Shown here in pieces: positions 62,206 to 64,000 of a DNA stretch of 64,000 bases. Position 1 is the stretch's first letter. Every line of letters begins with the position of its first letter. This DNA is from Opitutia bacterium (GTDB lineage: Bacteria; Verrucomicrobiota; Verrucomicrobiia; Opitutales; Opitutaceae): NCBI GenBank assembly GCA_947478395.1, contig CANJVR010000001.1:736001-800000 (forward strand), read 5' to 3'. A model generated the notes under the pieces. The model saw nothing but the letters and a program-made list of their open reading frames with translations, was not told the origin of the DNA and made no database searches. A program made the translations under genes and the position numbers.

Positions 62206-63825
62206 ATGAAAATTCCCCTCGAACGCCGCGCTTTTCTGAAACTCCTCGCCGCCACTCCGCTGCTCGGCAGCGCGGCGTGCTCCACGTTCGGTCCGCGCGC
62301 CGCCGGCGCCGCACCGAACGGTCCGTTTCTCCCCACGCGCGAATCGCTCAACACTTACCAAGTGCCCGACTGGTTTCGCGACGCGAAGTTCGGCATCTGG
62401 AATCACTGGGGTCCGCAGTCCGCCGCCGAGTATGGCGACTGGTATGCGCGCCGGATGTACGTCGAGTCGGAGCCTCAATACAAATACCACGTCCAGAAAT
62501 ACGGCCACCCCTCGAAGTTCGGCTTCAAGGACGTCATCGCGTCGTGGAAGGCCGACCAGTTCGACCCCGATCACTTGATGGGGCTCTACAAAAAAGCCGG
62601 CGCGAAATACTACGTGAGCATGGGCGTCCACCATGACGGCTTCGACTTGTGGAACTCGAAATATCAGCCGCGCTGGAACTCCGTCGCGAGCGGTCCCAAA
62701 AAAGACGTCGTCGGACTTTTCCAAAAAGCCGCCAACCAGCACGGCCTACGCTTCGGCGTGAGCGAGCATCTCTCGAACAGCTACACCTGGTTCGGCACGT
62801 CGCATCTCGCCGACAAGGCCGGTCCGCTCGCCGGCGTGCCCTACGACGGCGCCAATCCGCAGTGGTCCGACCTCTATCACGATTACAGCGACCAGCCCGC
62901 CGATTTCGCGCAAAAGGCCGCAACCGCGCAGATGGCGATGAGCCGTGGCGGACCGGACGCGTGGCGGAAGAACTATTTCGACCGCATCACCGAACTCGTC
63001 ACGAACTACGAGCCCGACCTGCTGTACACCGACGGCGGGATTCCATTCGGCGACGAGGGCCTCGCGCTCGTCGCGCTGCACTACAACACCAACGCCCGTA
63101 AACACGGCGGCAAAGTCGAGGCGATTTACAACAGCAAGAGCCGCCCCGACTCCGCCGCCGGGCTGTGCGTGCTCGACATGGAGCGCGGCGTGATCGAGGG
63201 CATCTGGCCGCGACCGTGGCAGACCGACACGTGCATCGGCAACTGGCACTACGACACCCGCGCGAAGTACAAAACGCCGAAGCGCGTGATCGACCTGCTC
63301 GTCGACATCGTCAGCCGCAACGGCAACCTCCTGCTGAATTTTCCGCTCCCGAATAGCGGCGCGCCCGACGCCGAGGAACTCAAAATCCTCGAGGCCATCA
63401 CCGCGTGGATGGCCGTGAATAGTGAAGCAATTTACGCGACGCGCCCGTGGAAAATCTTTGGCGACGGCCCCGGCTCGCACATCCCGCCGCCCGCGCCCGG
63501 CGTGCGGTTCAACGAAAACAGCCGCAAAGATTTCACCGCCGAAGAAGTTCGCTTCACCACCAAGGGCTCCACGCTCTACGCGTTTGTCATGGGCTGGCCT
63601 GCCCAGGATTCGTCGAACGGGCCGCAAAAGGAATTCGTCGTCGCCCCGCTCGCCACGACGAACGCGAACGTCGTCGGCAAAATCGAAAACGTTTCGCTGC
63701 TCGGCTACGGCGGAAAGCTCACGTGGAAACACGACGAGCGCGGTCTCGTCGTGCAACTCCCACCGGCGCCGCCGTGCGACCATGCCTTCACGCTGAAGAT
63801 CGCCGGCCTGGCCACCGTCGGCTGA
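62206..63825 (+). CDS. Alpha-L-fucosidase, GH29 (Tat signal)
   Basis: RRAFLK signal; PDWFRDAKFGIWNHWG, HHDGF, LYTD, WQTDTCIG, SRNGNLLLN. Confidence 0.92.
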   Translation: MKIPLERRAFLKLLAATPLLGSAACSTFGPRAAGAAPNGPFLPTRESLNTYQVPDWFRDAKFGIWNHWGPQSAAEYGDWYARRMYVESEPQYKYHVQKYGHPSKFGFKDVIASWKADQFDPDHLMGLYKKAGAKYYVSMGVHHDGFDLWNSKYQPRWNSVASGPKKDVVGLFQKAANQHGLRFGVSEHLSNSYTWFGTSHLADKAGPLAGVPYDGANPQWSDLYHDYSDQPADFAQKAATAQMAMSRGGPDAWRKNYFDRITELVTNYEPDLLYTDGGIPFGDEGLALVALHYNTNARKHGGKVEAIYNSKSRPDSAAGLCVLDMERGVIEGIWPRPWQTDTCIGNWHYDTRAKYKTPKRVIDLLVDIVSRNGNLLLNFPLPNSGAPDAEELKILEAITAWMAVNSEAIYATRPWKIFGDGPGSHIPPPAPGVRFNENSRKDFTAEEVRFTTKGSTLYAFVMGWPAQDSSNGPQKEFVVAPLATTNANVVGKIENVSLLGYGGKLTWKHDERGLVVQLPPAPPCDHAFTLKIAGLATVG

Positions 63826-64000
63826 AACAGACCGGGCGCGATTTTTATCGCGGGGTGGCGACGGCATCGCAGGACGAACCAGGACTGTCGGTCCGTTTGC
63901 GGATCGGCCGCCGATCCCCTATGCAGTCACGTTGACAATTCAGCGTGGGCCACTGGCGTGAAGCCCGAACGTCGAGCACGCCGACCCCAAATCACCCCAA

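Noticed and set aside
63927..64000. Possible 3' end of a minus-strand gene at the window edge
   Set aside because: Too short to assign a frame or product.

Overview
GC-rich bacterial chromosomal segment, most likely Verrucomicrobiota (Opitutales-like); this is an inference from a PVC-type heme-binding glucose/sorbosone-dehydrogenase-like gene, a tandem-type ThyX and the gene order. It is mostly housekeeping: purU (partial), carB, dnaK-groES-groEL, queA, accA, ilvB, tcdA, ribB(X), rarA, comEC, thyX, a nuoB-N complex I operon lacking nuoA, tRNA-Thr(CGT) and tRNA-Ser(GGA). Accessory blocks are a copper/heme-A oxidase-assembly cluster, a four-gene rhamnogalacturonan-I degradation cluster, two GH29 fucosidases, pnuC with a NadR-type kinase, and an ORF6N gene next to tRNA-Ser. 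No integrase, transposase or CRISPR array was seen. The three most interesting non-gene signals are: (1) a perfect DNA palindrome inside the ORF6N coding sequence with a second, in-frame, same-geometry palindromic copy just upstream; (2) ~70-115 bp hairpin elements with tandem-periodic (7-10 nt) arms at most nuo gene junctions; (3) a sigma-54-type, apparently leaderless promoter for dnaK-groES-groEL. All calls were made by eye from motifs; no database searches were run.
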